In this document: positions 1 through 8,477 of the stretch, one piece after another
How positions within the stretch are numbered: the stretch's first letter is position 1
Layout of the letters: every line of letters begins with the position of its first letter
Position numbers and translations under genes: made by a program
Source: a virus
DNA: 64,000 nt
Strand: one strand, 5' to 3'
IMG/VR virus record: IMGVR_UViG_3300032397_000008
Coordinates: 19,040 to 83,039 of that record
The notes under the pieces: generated by a model
Told to the model about the DNA's origin: nothing
The model's input: the letters and a program-made list of their open reading frames with translations, nothing else
The model's database searches: none

Positions 1-549
1 GCCCGTGTGGTTTGGGATGAAGAGAACAATCGTCCAAAGATCATTGCCCAAGGCACTACGTTCCCGTTCCTGGTGCAGGAATTAAGCAAAGGGCTTATGG
101 AACTTGTGTCACGCAAAGGGCTTCCATCTGATCAAGAGAAGATGAAGGGTGCGATCGAGAAGGCAGACTTGGTTACTAATGAGACCTGGGCAATGATCTT
201 GGGTCGTCGGATATGGATGGATTTCGTAGAACAGGTAGGGGATGAAGATGAGCTGACGATGAACTTGTATGACAAGATCATCCAGATGGAACCTGACGAG
301 TATCACGCCACTATTAAGACGCTTCTTGCCGGTGGATCCCAAGCTGGTGAATTGATGCAGCAGATGGTCCATGAGATTAAGGTAGACATGGAGCTAGAGG
401 ATTCTGACGAGTTCAAGCGGTCTGAGAGCGGAGGAGAGCCTGAAGGTCCTGAGTTCGGTGGTCCGTCTGAGTTCGAACCTCCTGATCCGGAAGCCTGGAG
501 AGGTGGCGAGTCTGTTAAGAAAACGGTCGATGATCTGCTTAATGGCTAG
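1..549 (+). CDS. Hypothetical protein, probably 5'-truncated by the window edge
   Basis: ORF 7..549; acidic; ends VKKTVDDLLNG. Confidence 0.6.
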   Translation, partial: ARVVWDEENNRPKIIAQGTTFPFLVQELSKGLMELVSRKGLPSDQEKMKGAIEKADLVTNETWAMILGRRIWMDFVEQVGDEDELTMNLYDKIIQMEPDEYHATIKTLLAGGSQAGELMQQMVHEIKVDMELEDSDEFKRSESGGEPEGPEFGGPSEFEPPDPEAWRGGESVKKTVDDLLNG

Positions 550-1037
550 ACCTTTACGCCAATTTCTTTTAGACAGTTGTCACACCGGTAGAAGACGATC
601 TTGATGGGTTCATCAGGCGTTCCTGCTTCCTGTTCTCTTACCGGATGTCCCATCACTTCAGCTCCGCAGTGATAGCATTTTTTTCCGCTGATCTGCGGTC
701 GGGGCACCCTGGGCGTTGGTTTGACTACTGGTGCCGGAACTGGAACGAACTGTGGGATGGCAGGGGCTGGGGGTGCCGGAACTGGAACGAACTGCGGGAC
801 GGTAGGGGATGCTGGTTCTTCGTGGGGAACGAATTGTTGAGGACCCAGAACAGCGATCGGTTCGGCTTTATTTACCGATTGTGTGCTAGATGTAGACGTT
901 GTGATGACCGGTTTGGGTTTTGACCAGAAATTCCAGGCAATTATCCACCCAGTTGCCAGCGTTACTGTGAACATAAGCGATTGAATGACAAAGAGTAACG
1001 TCAATATAGTGAGTAGCAGCAGAAGGTTGTCGTTCAT
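546..1037 (-). CDS. Membrane-anchored Pro-rich protein with C-terminal Zn ribbon
   Basis: Likely ATG 1037; N-terminal hydrophobic helix; repeated PQFVPVPAP; CYHC...CDNC. Confidence 0.65.
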   Translation of the reverse strand: MNDNLLLLLTILTLLFVIQSLMFTVTLATGWIIAWNFWSKPKPVITTSTSSTQSVNKAEPIAVLGPQQFVPHEEPASPTVPQFVPVPAPPAPAIPQFVPVPAPVVKPTPRVPRPQISGKKCYHCGAEVMGHPVREQEAGTPDEPIKIVFYRCDNCLKEIGVKV

Positions 1038-1102
1038 ATGGGCGATTTTGTTCTTGCGTTTGGCATTTGTTTCAGTTACCGTTCTACAAGTAAGAACAGA
1101 AT

Positions 1103-1276
1103 ATGAACCGGAAAGACACAACGAACTACAGCCACGGTGACAAAGTCCGCAAGCCAACCACTTGGTCTTGCGAGGCAGGCCCCTTCACAGTCGCAATCAC
1201 TTGTGGGCACATTCACTATCGTCTGAGGTTAACAAAGCTCAGCACAAGGATATTGGGCGAGTCCGGGAACAGTTAG
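1103..1276 (+). CDS. Small hypothetical protein (57 aa)
   Basis: ATG 1103 to TAG 1276, downstream of a GTTCTA motif; not in the ORF track. Confidence 0.35.
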   Translation: MNRKDTTNYSHGDKVRKPTTWSCEAGPFTVAITCGHIHYRLRLTKLSTRILGESGNS

Positions 1277-1294
1277 CGGAGTGGACGGCAGCAA

Positions 1295-1936
1295 TTGAGA
1301 ATGCAGGCCATGAATTTCAAAGTTAAGTTGTATTCGTTTGTAAAGCGTTGCTTCATGTTTTTCGTACTCCTATGCGCCTCCAGGAGTAAGCGGAGGCAAC
1401 TGAAGAAGACACGTTCGATTGTCAAGCGTTACGTTAAGGATCACCCCGATGTAATGGATGGGGTGATGAAAGCATACTACGCTTATCACGCTCCTCATTT
1501 TCGGTTAGTGTTCAGTGGACATAATTTTTTGGGGTGTTTTCGCACGTCAAAATGTGCATGGTGCGGACGAAGCCGTGAAATGGTGCGTCATGATAATTTG
1601 CCGGCTCAGTGCCTGCACAGACCAATCAGTGCCGATCGACCAATCGTGGATGTAGTCTTGGAGGAAGAACAAAAAAGTTATGTTCTTTTGGAACGTGCTG
1701 GGAAGGATGTTCCAAAACTGATTGCTAAAATGGGTATGAGCGGTGAAACACTGGCCGTGCTGCACCACACGCATGGGTATGATCCCGATATGGTGGCATT
1801 GGCTTTGGACATGCTACACTCAGAATCGACGGTTAATATTCACTCGTTAATGCCTGAGTATGAACTAGCAATGAACCGAGAACGGGCACGATCAAAGGCG
1901 GTTCATCGAGAAACTGTAGTCATTGCACAAATATGA
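1295..1936 (+). CDS. Protein with C-terminal alanyl-tRNA-synthetase-like helical fragment
   Basis: EEEQKSYVLLERAG...MSGETLAVLHHTHGYDPD...YELAMNRERARSK resembles AlaRS EEE.F..TL..G...LSG..AF.LYDTYGFP.D...F...M.EQR.RAR. Confidence 0.55.
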   Translation: MRMQAMNFKVKLYSFVKRCFMFFVLLCASRSKRRQLKKTRSIVKRYVKDHPDVMDGVMKAYYAYHAPHFRLVFSGHNFLGCFRTSKCAWCGRSREMVRHDNLPAQCLHRPISADRPIVDVVLEEEQKSYVLLERAGKDVPKLIAKMGMSGETLAVLHHTHGYDPDMVALALDMLHSESTVNIHSLMPEYELAMNRERARSKAVHRETVVIAQI

Positions 1937-3930
1937 ACTTCAAAGCGAAGATCGAACAACTTCGGGCGGAGATTACCCGGCACGGCCGTCTCTATTACAA
2001 CCAACAACCCGAAATCAGCGACGCCGATTATGACGTAAAGTTCAAGGAGTTGGGGGATCTTGAACGTCGGTTTCCTGAGTATGACGATCCGAACTCCCCC
2101 ACGGCACGAGTTGGCAGTCAGGTAGAGAGCGATTTCTCCCAAGGACGGCACAATCATAAAATGTTGTCTTTGGACAATACTTATAGCGCCGAGGAGGTTG
2201 CTACCTTCTTTGATCAGGATGATAAGCTCAAGGTGGTTGTGGCCGGAGAACCGAAGTTCGATGGGTGTTCCCTGGCACTTCACTATCGGGGTGGTCAGTT
2301 GGTACAGGCGATTACCCGAGGAGACGGATCAGTCGGTGAAGACGTGACACGCAGCGCCAGGACCATCAGGAGTATTCCGCTTGTTTTGCACCAACCTATT
2401 GACTTGGAGGTGCGAGGAGAGGTTGTCATGCAATTTTCGGTCTTCGCGGCATTGAATGCGGAGCTGGAGAAACAGGGCGAAGATTTGTTTGCCAACCCAC
2501 GCAACGCCGCCTCGGGCACGCTTAAGCAGAAAGATTCTCGGGTGGTTGCAAAGCGCAACCTTACGTTTATTGCTTATAGCTTGATCTCCGGTCACGTCCA
2601 TAGAACTCATGGCGACGCCATCTATAGCTTGCGGGAGATTGGATTCGTCACACCTATGAACGTGCCCGCTGTCAATGGACATAAGATTGAGGCGCTGTTT
2701 CTAGTTGAGGCGGATGCCATGTCCATCGGTCACGTGATCGAACGTTTCTCTGAATTGCGAGACAACTTCGACTTTCCTATCGATGGTGTCGTTTTCAAGA
2801 TCAACGATATTCAACTTCAGACCGAATTAGGCGATGGAACGCGTGCTCCTAAATGGGCAACAGCTTACAAGTATCCGCCGGAGCGTAAGATAACCCAGCT
2901 TCTTGATATTGAGGTTAGCGTGGGCCGTCATGGCACGATCACACCGGTTGCAATCCTCGCCCCAGTTCAACTTTCCGGTGTCACAGTGACCCGTGCAAGT
3001 CTGTGCAATCAGAACGAAGTTGATCGTTTGGGGATTGCCATCGGGGACGATGTTTATGTGGAACGGAGCGCTGACGTTATCCCAAAACTAATGGGTATAG
3101 CAAAAAAGAACACGGTGCAAACATGGCATCTGCCAGAGCAGTGTCCTTGCTGCAATACCAGGCTGTTGCGGGCTCAGGGCATGGTTGCTTACAAGTGTCC
3201 GAATCACTATTGCAAGGACCAGATTCGCCAGCGCCTGGAGCATGCATGCAGCAGGTCCGCATTGTACATCGACGGTGTTGGACCGGTGTTCATCGCCATG
3301 CTGATTCATCAAGGGGTAACCGACCTGTTGGGTCTTATGACGGTCGAGGTTGATGAGACGTCTGCCGCTAAGCGAAAGTTTGTCAAAGAGCGTAAGAAGG
3401 CGTTTCAGGCTCCATTGTGGCGTAAGCTGTATGCTTTGGGGATTGAGGGCGTAGGAAAATCCAAGTGTCAGGACTTGGTCTCACGGTGGAAATCTTTAGG
3501 TGAAATTGTAGACAACTTTGAGGAAGCCGAAACGGTGGTGCTCGGAGAAGTCCACGCTGCTAGTGTCGCTGATTTCCTACAGGAAAACGTGAGCCTGATC
3601 GAAGGATTGGAGAAGGCGGGATTTCATTTTGAGGAGGATAAGCAGAATATCGGACCGTTGTCGGGTAAGACGTTCGTCATCACGGGAACGCTTATGAGCG
3701 GTAAGCGGGATGACGTGATCCGCAAGATCGAGGCGGCCGGCGGCCGGGTTAGCAGTAGCGTGACGAAGAAGGTACAGTATCTGGTGTGCGGCATAGAGGG
3801 CGGTGCCAACAAGGCCGCTGCGGCGCAGAAGCTAGGTACTACAGTCATAAGCGAAGAGCGGCTTTATGCTCTTCTCGGGGAGGAAATGACACTTGTTAAC
3901 AATTCTCTGGGAGAAGGCGGAGGATTGTAG
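1933..3930 (+). CDS. ligA: NAD-dependent DNA ligase
   Basis: EPKFDG adenylation motif, EVRGEV, NPRNAASG, Cys zinc finger, HhH region, C-terminal BRCT (GKTFVITGTL). Confidence 0.97.
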   Translation: MNFKAKIEQLRAEITRHGRLYYNQQPEISDADYDVKFKELGDLERRFPEYDDPNSPTARVGSQVESDFSQGRHNHKMLSLDNTYSAEEVATFFDQDDKLKVVVAGEPKFDGCSLALHYRGGQLVQAITRGDGSVGEDVTRSARTIRSIPLVLHQPIDLEVRGEVVMQFSVFAALNAELEKQGEDLFANPRNAASGTLKQKDSRVVAKRNLTFIAYSLISGHVHRTHGDAIYSLREIGFVTPMNVPAVNGHKIEALFLVEADAMSIGHVIERFSELRDNFDFPIDGVVFKINDIQLQTELGDGTRAPKWATAYKYPPERKITQLLDIEVSVGRHGTITPVAILAPVQLSGVTVTRASLCNQNEVDRLGIAIGDDVYVERSADVIPKLMGIAKKNTVQTWHLPEQCPCCNTRLLRAQGMVAYKCPNHYCKDQIRQRLEHACSRSALYIDGVGPVFIAMLIHQGVTDLLGLMTVEVDETSAAKRKFVKERKKAFQAPLWRKLYALGIEGVGKSKCQDLVSRWKSLGEIVDNFEEAETVVLGEVHAASVADFLQENVSLIEGLEKAGFHFEEDKQNIGPLSGKTFVITGTLMSGKRDDVIRKIEAAGGRVSSSVTKKVQYLVCGIEGGANKAAAAQKLGTTVISEERLYALLGEEMTLVNNSLGEGGGL

Positions 3931-4002
3931 ACAATTGACTCATATTCGCTAACGTCTGATTATCATATAGTTATGAAGCAAATAATTTCTTGTAACTCGT
4001 GC

Positions 4003-4031
4003 TTGACTTCTCGGTTCTATAGGAGTATCGT
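4003..4031 (+). promoter_or_regulatory. sigma70-like promoter upstream of the leader and tRNA array
   Basis: TTGACT-17 bp-TATCGT. Confidence 0.55.
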
Positions 4032-4070
4032 CAGAATAGTCAGAGGCAAGGTGATTTGGCGATAGTTAGA

Positions 4071-4202
4071 ATGGAAATGCGACAACACTGGACAAGTCAG
4101 TATAGGTTGGAGACGCTGAAATCAGCGATGATCCCGACCTTTTGTACCCATAAAGGGTTACCTGTGGTCGCCGATGCAGAAAGAAAAAGTGTGGTGGGAT
4201 AG
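4071..4202 (+). CDS. Putative attenuator leader peptide (43 aa)
   Basis: MEMRQHWTSQYRLETLKSAMIPTFCTHKGLPVVADAERKSVVG*; its last codons overlap the antiterminator strand. Confidence 0.65.
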   Translation: MEMRQHWTSQYRLETLKSAMIPTFCTHKGLPVVADAERKSVVG

Positions 4203-4255
4203 GCGACCGAAGAAAAAGATTTCCCCACCACACCGAAAGGTTTGGTGGGTTTTTT
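4166..4255 (+). terminator. Attenuator with mutually exclusive terminator and antiterminator
   Basis: Terminator CCCACCACACC-GAAA-GGTTTGGTGGG-T6 (4224-4255); 4189-4198 GTGTGGTGGG is a perfect complement of 4224-4233; 4166-4172 pairs with 4202-4208. Confidence 0.75.
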
Positions 4256-4492
4256 GTTGGTTGGAGTTAGAAAGTCTCGGGTAGGAAAACCGCCGAGCGG
4301 CAGAGACAAAACTGCGACGGTAGAGGCAGAGCGTGAAAGCGCAGAGCCGGTGGCAGATCAGGGGCAGCCCGTGTGGTCTGACATCACCAACCTTAGGTCA
4401 AGCGTATTCAGATGCGCTTCACGATAGAAAGTGCGTTCTTGGGAAGAGAGACGGGTCAGACGTTTCTTCGACAGTTTCTCTTCCTTCAATTT

Positions 4493-4760
4493 TAATGGAA
4501 AGGTGGTAGGCTTAGAAGCAGCCAGCCATAAGAGTGACTCGTCCTTCTCTCACGAACCTGTCAAGAATCAACTTGCCAGATGACCCCGAAGTCCGAATAC
4601 AAGGGAATCCTTCCAACCTCAGCAATGAGGCCATAGGGCCTTTGCGGAAGGGATGAAAGCGTGGAGCAGCCCGTCAAGCCGGGCGAGGGCTACCGAGTAA
4701 GAAGCGGCGGGATACATGACGGTATTCCGGTCTTTAGCGTAACAGCACGCCTTTCCGTTA
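4493..4760 (+). ncRNA. ncRNA mimicking 23S rRNA H43/H44 (L11-binding domain) with a ~195-nt insertion
   Basis: GGCTTAGAAGCAGCCA (H43 loop) and AGCGTAACAGC (H44 loop), closed by a GGAAAGG/CCTTTCC stem. Confidence 0.7.
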
Positions 4761-4778
4761 TTTTTAACATTAGTTTTT

Positions 4779-4852
4779 GCGGGTGTGGTTTAATAGTAGA
4801 ATGTGGCCTTGCCGAGGCTAAGACGAGGGAGCATAACCCTTCACCCGCTCCA
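4779..4852 (+). tRNA. tRNA-Gly(GCC)
   Basis: Cloverleaf; loop TT-GCC-GA; encoded CCA. Confidence 0.85.
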
Positions 4853-4868
4853 TTTTGCGGCAATTCGT

Positions 4869-4942
4869 GGTGTCATCGTTTAGTGGCAGGACATAACTCT
4901 GGCAGAGTTGAGACGGGAGTCCGATTCTCCTTGATTCCACCA
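4869..4942 (+). tRNA. tRNA-Ala(GGC)
   Basis: Loop CT-GGC-AG; CCA; imperfect acceptor stem. Confidence 0.75.
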
Positions 4943-5190
4943 ATTTCTCAACCACCCTATCTTTTGTACCGATCGTGCATCAGCAGTAAAATGTATACAC
5001 GTTCTCGTGTATGTGCTGTTAAGATGCGTTGTTTCTTTGACAGTCTATTAGGCGTCCGACACGCCTAGCACGGGGTCAACACATCCTCGTCTGGATGGAG
5101 TGCTCGTGGAACGCTGCTAAAAGCGGTCAGGATAAACCACTTAGGTGGGCAGCCCTGACAGTCACTAATCGGTCAGTAAAGGACTTCGGG

Positions 5191-5274
5191 GGGCACGTGG
5201 TTCAACCAGAATAGCAGATGGTCCAGCTTCAAAACCTGGCAGCCTTAAAGGTGCAAGTCCTTTCGTGCCTACCA
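5191..5274 (+). tRNA. tRNA-Leu(CAA), atypical
   Basis: Loop TT-CAA-AA; expanded D region; 7-nt variable loop; CCA. Confidence 0.7.
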
Positions 5275-5301
5275 TTTGTAATTGTTCCACGTGAAGAATC
5301 A

Positions 5302-5377
5302 TCAGGTACGTGATGTAAGAGTAGCATCTCAGACTGTGAATCTGACCGTACGGGTGCGAATCCCGTCTACCTGACCA
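5302..5377 (+). tRNA. tRNA-His(GTG)
   Basis: TCAGA-CTGTGAA-TCTGA; CCA. Confidence 0.8.
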
Positions 5378-5380
5378 TTT

Positions 5381-5631
5381 CAAGCCAAAAAGCCAGAACG
5401 CTGGCCATGGTAATCAGCCTGTGGCTAGAGGAAGTTCAAGACTGCTCAACTCGTCGATTGGGAGGGCATTCGTGCCCGTTATCACCACAAGTCCGCAGCA
5501 ATCCTAAAGCGCCCCAGCATGTGAGTTGTGCGCTACGAGGGCATGGTTGGAGCAGCGGCTATTAGCAAGCCGCCAGGTTCGCCTGAGATAAATGTTCTGG
5601 ATAACAGAATCTTGGCTACCTTTTTGACTTG
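5381..5631 (+). ncRNA. rnpB: Compact RNase P RNA
   Basis: GAGGAAGTTCAAG and ACAGAATCTTGGCTA (P4 halves); AGATAAATG; P1 CAAGCCAAAAAG/CTTTTTGACTTG; P2 CCAGAAC/GTTCTGG. Confidence 0.8.
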
Positions 5632-5636
5632 ATTGT

Positions 5637-5712
5637 GGGGACGTGGCAGACAAGTGATGCACCTGGTCCGCAACTAGGTTTAAGCGGGAGCGTTACCCGT
5701 CGTTCTCCACCA
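5637..5712 (+). tRNA. tRNA-Ala(CGC)
   Basis: CCTGG-TCCGCAA-CTAGG; G3:U70; CCA. Confidence 0.75.
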
Positions 5713-5719
5713 ATTTCAC

Positions 5720-5794
5720 GGGGGATTAGTGATAGTGCCAGCACAACCGGTTTGCACCCGGTAAGCAGCGGTCGGATTCCGCTATCCTCCACCA
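5720..5794 (+). tRNA. tRNA-Ala(TGC)
   Basis: ACCGG-TTTGCAC-CCGGT; G3:U70; CCA. Confidence 0.85.
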
Positions 5795-5800
5795 TTTCAC

Positions 5801-5874
5801 GGGTCGGTAGTGTAACAGTAGCACAGCAGCCTCCAAACCTGCTTGTCAGGGTGCAAATCCTTGCCGACCTGCCA
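5801..5874 (+). tRNA. tRNA-Trp(CCA)
   Basis: Loop CT-CCA-AA; G73; CCA. Confidence 0.8.
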
Positions 5875-5880
5875 CCTTTC

Positions 5881-5955
5881 CGCCCGTTGGCCGATCCGCA
5901 AAGGCGGCGGTTTGCAGAACCGCAGAGGCTGGTGCAACTCCAGCACGGGCGTCCA
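5881..5955 (+). tRNA. tRNA-Cys(GCA)
   Basis: GCGGT-TTGCAGA-ACCGC; U73; CCA. Confidence 0.85.
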
Positions 5956-5977
5956 TTTAGAACCACGTAGTTAGGGT

Positions 5978-6613
5978 GTGAGATCACAGGACATCATTGA
6001 GGCGATAGTTGGCGATCAACCCGAAATCACCGATTATATCGTAGACATTTCTCGGTGGGCGGCGCAGACGGAACCCGATGACGAAAACGCTGCTATCGCA
6101 CTTGCCAACAAGGCGCTGGAAGAATACCGTGTAACGTACGTAACGGGTGACCCTATCGTATCTCACGGGGGTAGAGTAGAGGCAGACGGCACTATCAAAA
6201 TTGCTGTAGACAACGGATTCTACGACTTGGTAAACAGTAAACAGTTTCCAAGTGTGATTCAGCATGAGTTCGTTCATCAGGAGCAGGTGCGCCACGCTGG
6301 CGAAGGCGCTAGTAAGATGGCGGCGAACTCGTACAACCGATGCTTGAACCCTGATGGTTCGATTAACATGAAGGAGTACTACTTAATCCCTTACGAGATT
6401 ATGGCGTATGCTAAATCTGTGGCAGACAGTTTTAAGACGGCGGGTATGAGTAAGGATGAAGTGTTGAAGATGCTTCGAACGAAAGTGCATCTATGGAAAC
6501 TTCCATCGGACGTCCAAAAGTTTATTTATCCTTACTATTCCAGGCGCAAGAAGCATCCAGACGTGTGGCACAAGTTTCTTCGTTACACGATTGACTATGT
6601 TCGGAATTGGTAA
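5978..6613 (+). CDS. Zincin-like metallopeptidase-domain protein
   Basis: HEFVH (HExxH) plus downstream PYEIMAYA. Confidence 0.6.
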   Translation: MRSQDIIEAIVGDQPEITDYIVDISRWAAQTEPDDENAAIALANKALEEYRVTYVTGDPIVSHGGRVEADGTIKIAVDNGFYDLVNSKQFPSVIQHEFVHQEQVRHAGEGASKMAANSYNRCLNPDGSINMKEYYLIPYEIMAYAKSVADSFKTAGMSKDEVLKMLRTKVHLWKLPSDVQKFIYPYYSRRKKHPDVWHKFLRYTIDYVRNW

Positions 6614-6622
6614 AAATAATGC

Positions 6623-7165
6623 ATGGATGAGACTGTTCAAATCGCTGGGCGTTGGAACTACGAGTCATTCCTTGAGCCGATTCAATACGGTGAGACCGAA
6701 TCTTATCGACTGGCTGCTGCGTGGCTGAACGGTTGTTCTGAAGTTGAGGATTGGGGATGCGGATGTGCTTTCGCTAAGAGGTTTTTCACTACCCAGTACA
6801 TAGGCATTGACGGCAGCAAGAGTCTCTGGAATGATAAAGTTGCCGATTTGATGATTTATCGTAGCAAGACTGAGGGATTACATATACGCCATGTTCTGGA
6901 GCACAATTACCTATGGCGTCCGATCTTGCGGAACGCTCTTGACTCTTTTACCAAGCGGATGGTTCTGACCTTGTTTATCCGGCCGACACCGACGGATATG
7001 GATGTTTTTGGAACTGTGCAAAATCACTATTTTCAGGAGGTTCCAAATCGTGGCTTGTGCAAGAAAGACTTGATGGAAATGATAGGTTCGTTTTTGGTGG
7101 AAACTCACGAGCTGGATACCGGAGAGGTGGTTTACTTACTGGAAAAGAAGATCGATGGTAGTTAA
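6623..7165 (+). CDS. Putative class I SAM-dependent methyltransferase
   Basis: VEDWGCG motif I; YIGID; RHVLEH. Confidence 0.6.
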   Translation: MDETVQIAGRWNYESFLEPIQYGETESYRLAAAWLNGCSEVEDWGCGCAFAKRFFTTQYIGIDGSKSLWNDKVADLMIYRSKTEGLHIRHVLEHNYLWRPILRNALDSFTKRMVLTLFIRPTPTDMDVFGTVQNHYFQEVPNRGLCKKDLMEMIGSFLVETHELDTGEVVYLLEKKIDGS

Positions 7166-7170
7166 GGTGT

Positions 7171-7425
7171 ATGCCAAAATCTCGTGACATCATTGATGCG
7201 GTTGTGGAAGGCCATCACTACCCGGTAGAAGATGAGCCGCCGAGGGCGGGATTCACCAGCCCTGAGGAAGATACGGCATTCTACACTAAGAACCCGTTCC
7301 TGGCATATAACAAGGCTTTGGAGTTGGGTCGTCACGATGATCGCTTCTGGAGGGCTATTCGAGGGTCTGTCTACGAAAAGCCTTATGCCGAACGGTTCTT
7401 CCGCAAAAGTCGTCCGGCCGGGTAA
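7171..7425 (+). CDS. Hypothetical protein
   Basis: ORF after GTAGTTA motif; N-terminal DIIDAVVE. Confidence 0.6.
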   Translation: MPKSRDIIDAVVEGHHYPVEDEPPRAGFTSPEEDTAFYTKNPFLAYNKALELGRHDDRFWRAIRGSVYEKPYAERFFRKSRPAG

Positions 7426-7433
7426 ATAATTGT

Positions 7434-7519
7434 CCGCCACTAGACCGCTAAAGATACGGGGCAGGCTGTAAACCTGTCGTCTTCGGGCCAGGAAGGAGCA
7501 TTACCTTCGTGGCGGACCA
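7434..7519 (+). tRNA. tRNA-Tyr(GTA)
   Basis: GCAGG-CTGTAAA-CCTGT; long variable arm; CCA. Confidence 0.8.
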
Positions 7520-7526
7520 TTTTCAC

Positions 7527-7602
7527 GGGACGTTCTTCTAGTAGACCAGGATATTGCTCTGTCTAAGCAATGACTCGGGTGCGAATCCCGAACGTCTCGC
7601 CA
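7527..7602 (+). tRNA. tRNA-Asp(GTC)
   Basis: TTGCT-CTGTCTA-AGCAA; G73; CCA. Confidence 0.85.
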
Positions 7603-7619
7603 TTTTAGTTCTTGTAGGC

Positions 7620-8477
7620 ATGCGACTGTTGGATTATCAGAACGACGTGTTTTCTCAGAACGGTGAGGATGGAATCCTTGCTCAGGTTTTTAAGATCATC
7701 GGCGTGCGTCATAAACGGTGCATGGAGTTTGGGGCTTGGGACGGATTATACTTATCTAACGTAGCTCGTCTGTGGGCTGACGAAGGTTGGGAAGCTATCC
7801 TCGCCGAAAAAGACAGGTCTAGGTTCGATCAACTGGTCCGCAACACGTCGGACAAACCGGTCGAGTGTCACAACTTTGCGGTCGAATCGACCGGAGACCA
7901 CTCCATTGATACTATTTTGAACGGACGGGAACTCGATTTGATAGTGATTGATGTGGATGGAGACGACTGGCTTCTTTGGAAAAGCATGGTGTGCCGGCCA
8001 AGAGTGGCGGTTATCGAGTACAATTGTTCCGTACCGCTGGGAATATCTATGGCCCAAGCCTCGGGGGAATACTTCGGAGCATCGGCCCAGGTCTTGATCG
8101 ACATTGGTCGCCGCAAGGGCTATAGCTTGGTTGAGATGAACATTTGTAACTGCTTTTTTGTGCAGGACGAGTACCTGCCCTTGTTCAATGGATATGAGCT
8201 TGATCCGGTCAAGCTGTTCGATCCTCGTTTTTTGGTCTACGCTGTCAGTGCCTTTGACCGGCGCATGGCTTTGACCAGTAACGAATCGGCTTGGGGAGTC
8301 TTTCAGACGTGCACTGTCAATAAAATTCAGTTGGCAATATGTTGTGCCGATCAGGGTGTAGCTCAATCTAGTAGAGCGCCTGGCCTGGGACCAGGAGGTT
8401 GCAGGAGCGAAGCCTGTCACCCTGACCATTTTTACTCAAACGGTCTTGTTTACCGCACAGTAAACAAGACCATTTGA
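7620..8477 (+). CDS. FkbM-like methyltransferase; frame runs through tRNA-Pro
   Basis: FSQNGEDGIL, EFGAWDG, IDVDGDD, RPRVAVIEYN; likely ATG 7620. Confidence 0.75.
   Translation: MRLLDYQNDVFSQNGEDGILAQVFKIIGVRHKRCMEFGAWDGLYLSNVARLWADEGWEAILAEKDRSRFDQLVRNTSDKPVECHNFAVESTGDHSIDTILNGRELDLIVIDVDGDDWLLWKSMVCRPRVAVIEYNCSVPLGISMAQASGEYFGASAQVLIDIGRRKGYSLVEMNICNCFFVQDEYLPLFNGYELDPVKLFDPRFLVYAVSAFDRRMALTSNESAWGVFQTCTVNKIQLAICCADQGVAQSSRAPGLGPGGCRSEACHPDHFYSNGLVYRTVNKTI
8352..8428 (+). tRNA. tRNA-Pro(TGG)
   Basis: CCTGG-CCTGGGA-CCAGG; CCA. Confidence 0.8.

Noticed and set aside
4071-4202. Link between Asn missing from the leader and the duplicated tRNA-Asn
   Set aside because: A single coincidence; missing one amino acid in 43 codons is expected by chance.
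4493-4760. A real 23S rRNA gene or host contamination
   Set aside because: Only the H43/H44 loops match; the flanks and the insertion are not rRNA-like.
5191-5274. Opal suppressor or Sec tRNA (TCA)
   Set aside because: The stem register centres the loop on CAA, and the body matches the three other atypical Leu tRNAs.
4097-5987. ORF-track entries overlapping tRNAs and ncRNAs (also 8436-8737, 9639-10164, 14188-14692, 16615-17907, 18915-19358, 21002-21707)
   Set aside because: They are shadow frames of structured RNA genes with no protein motifs.
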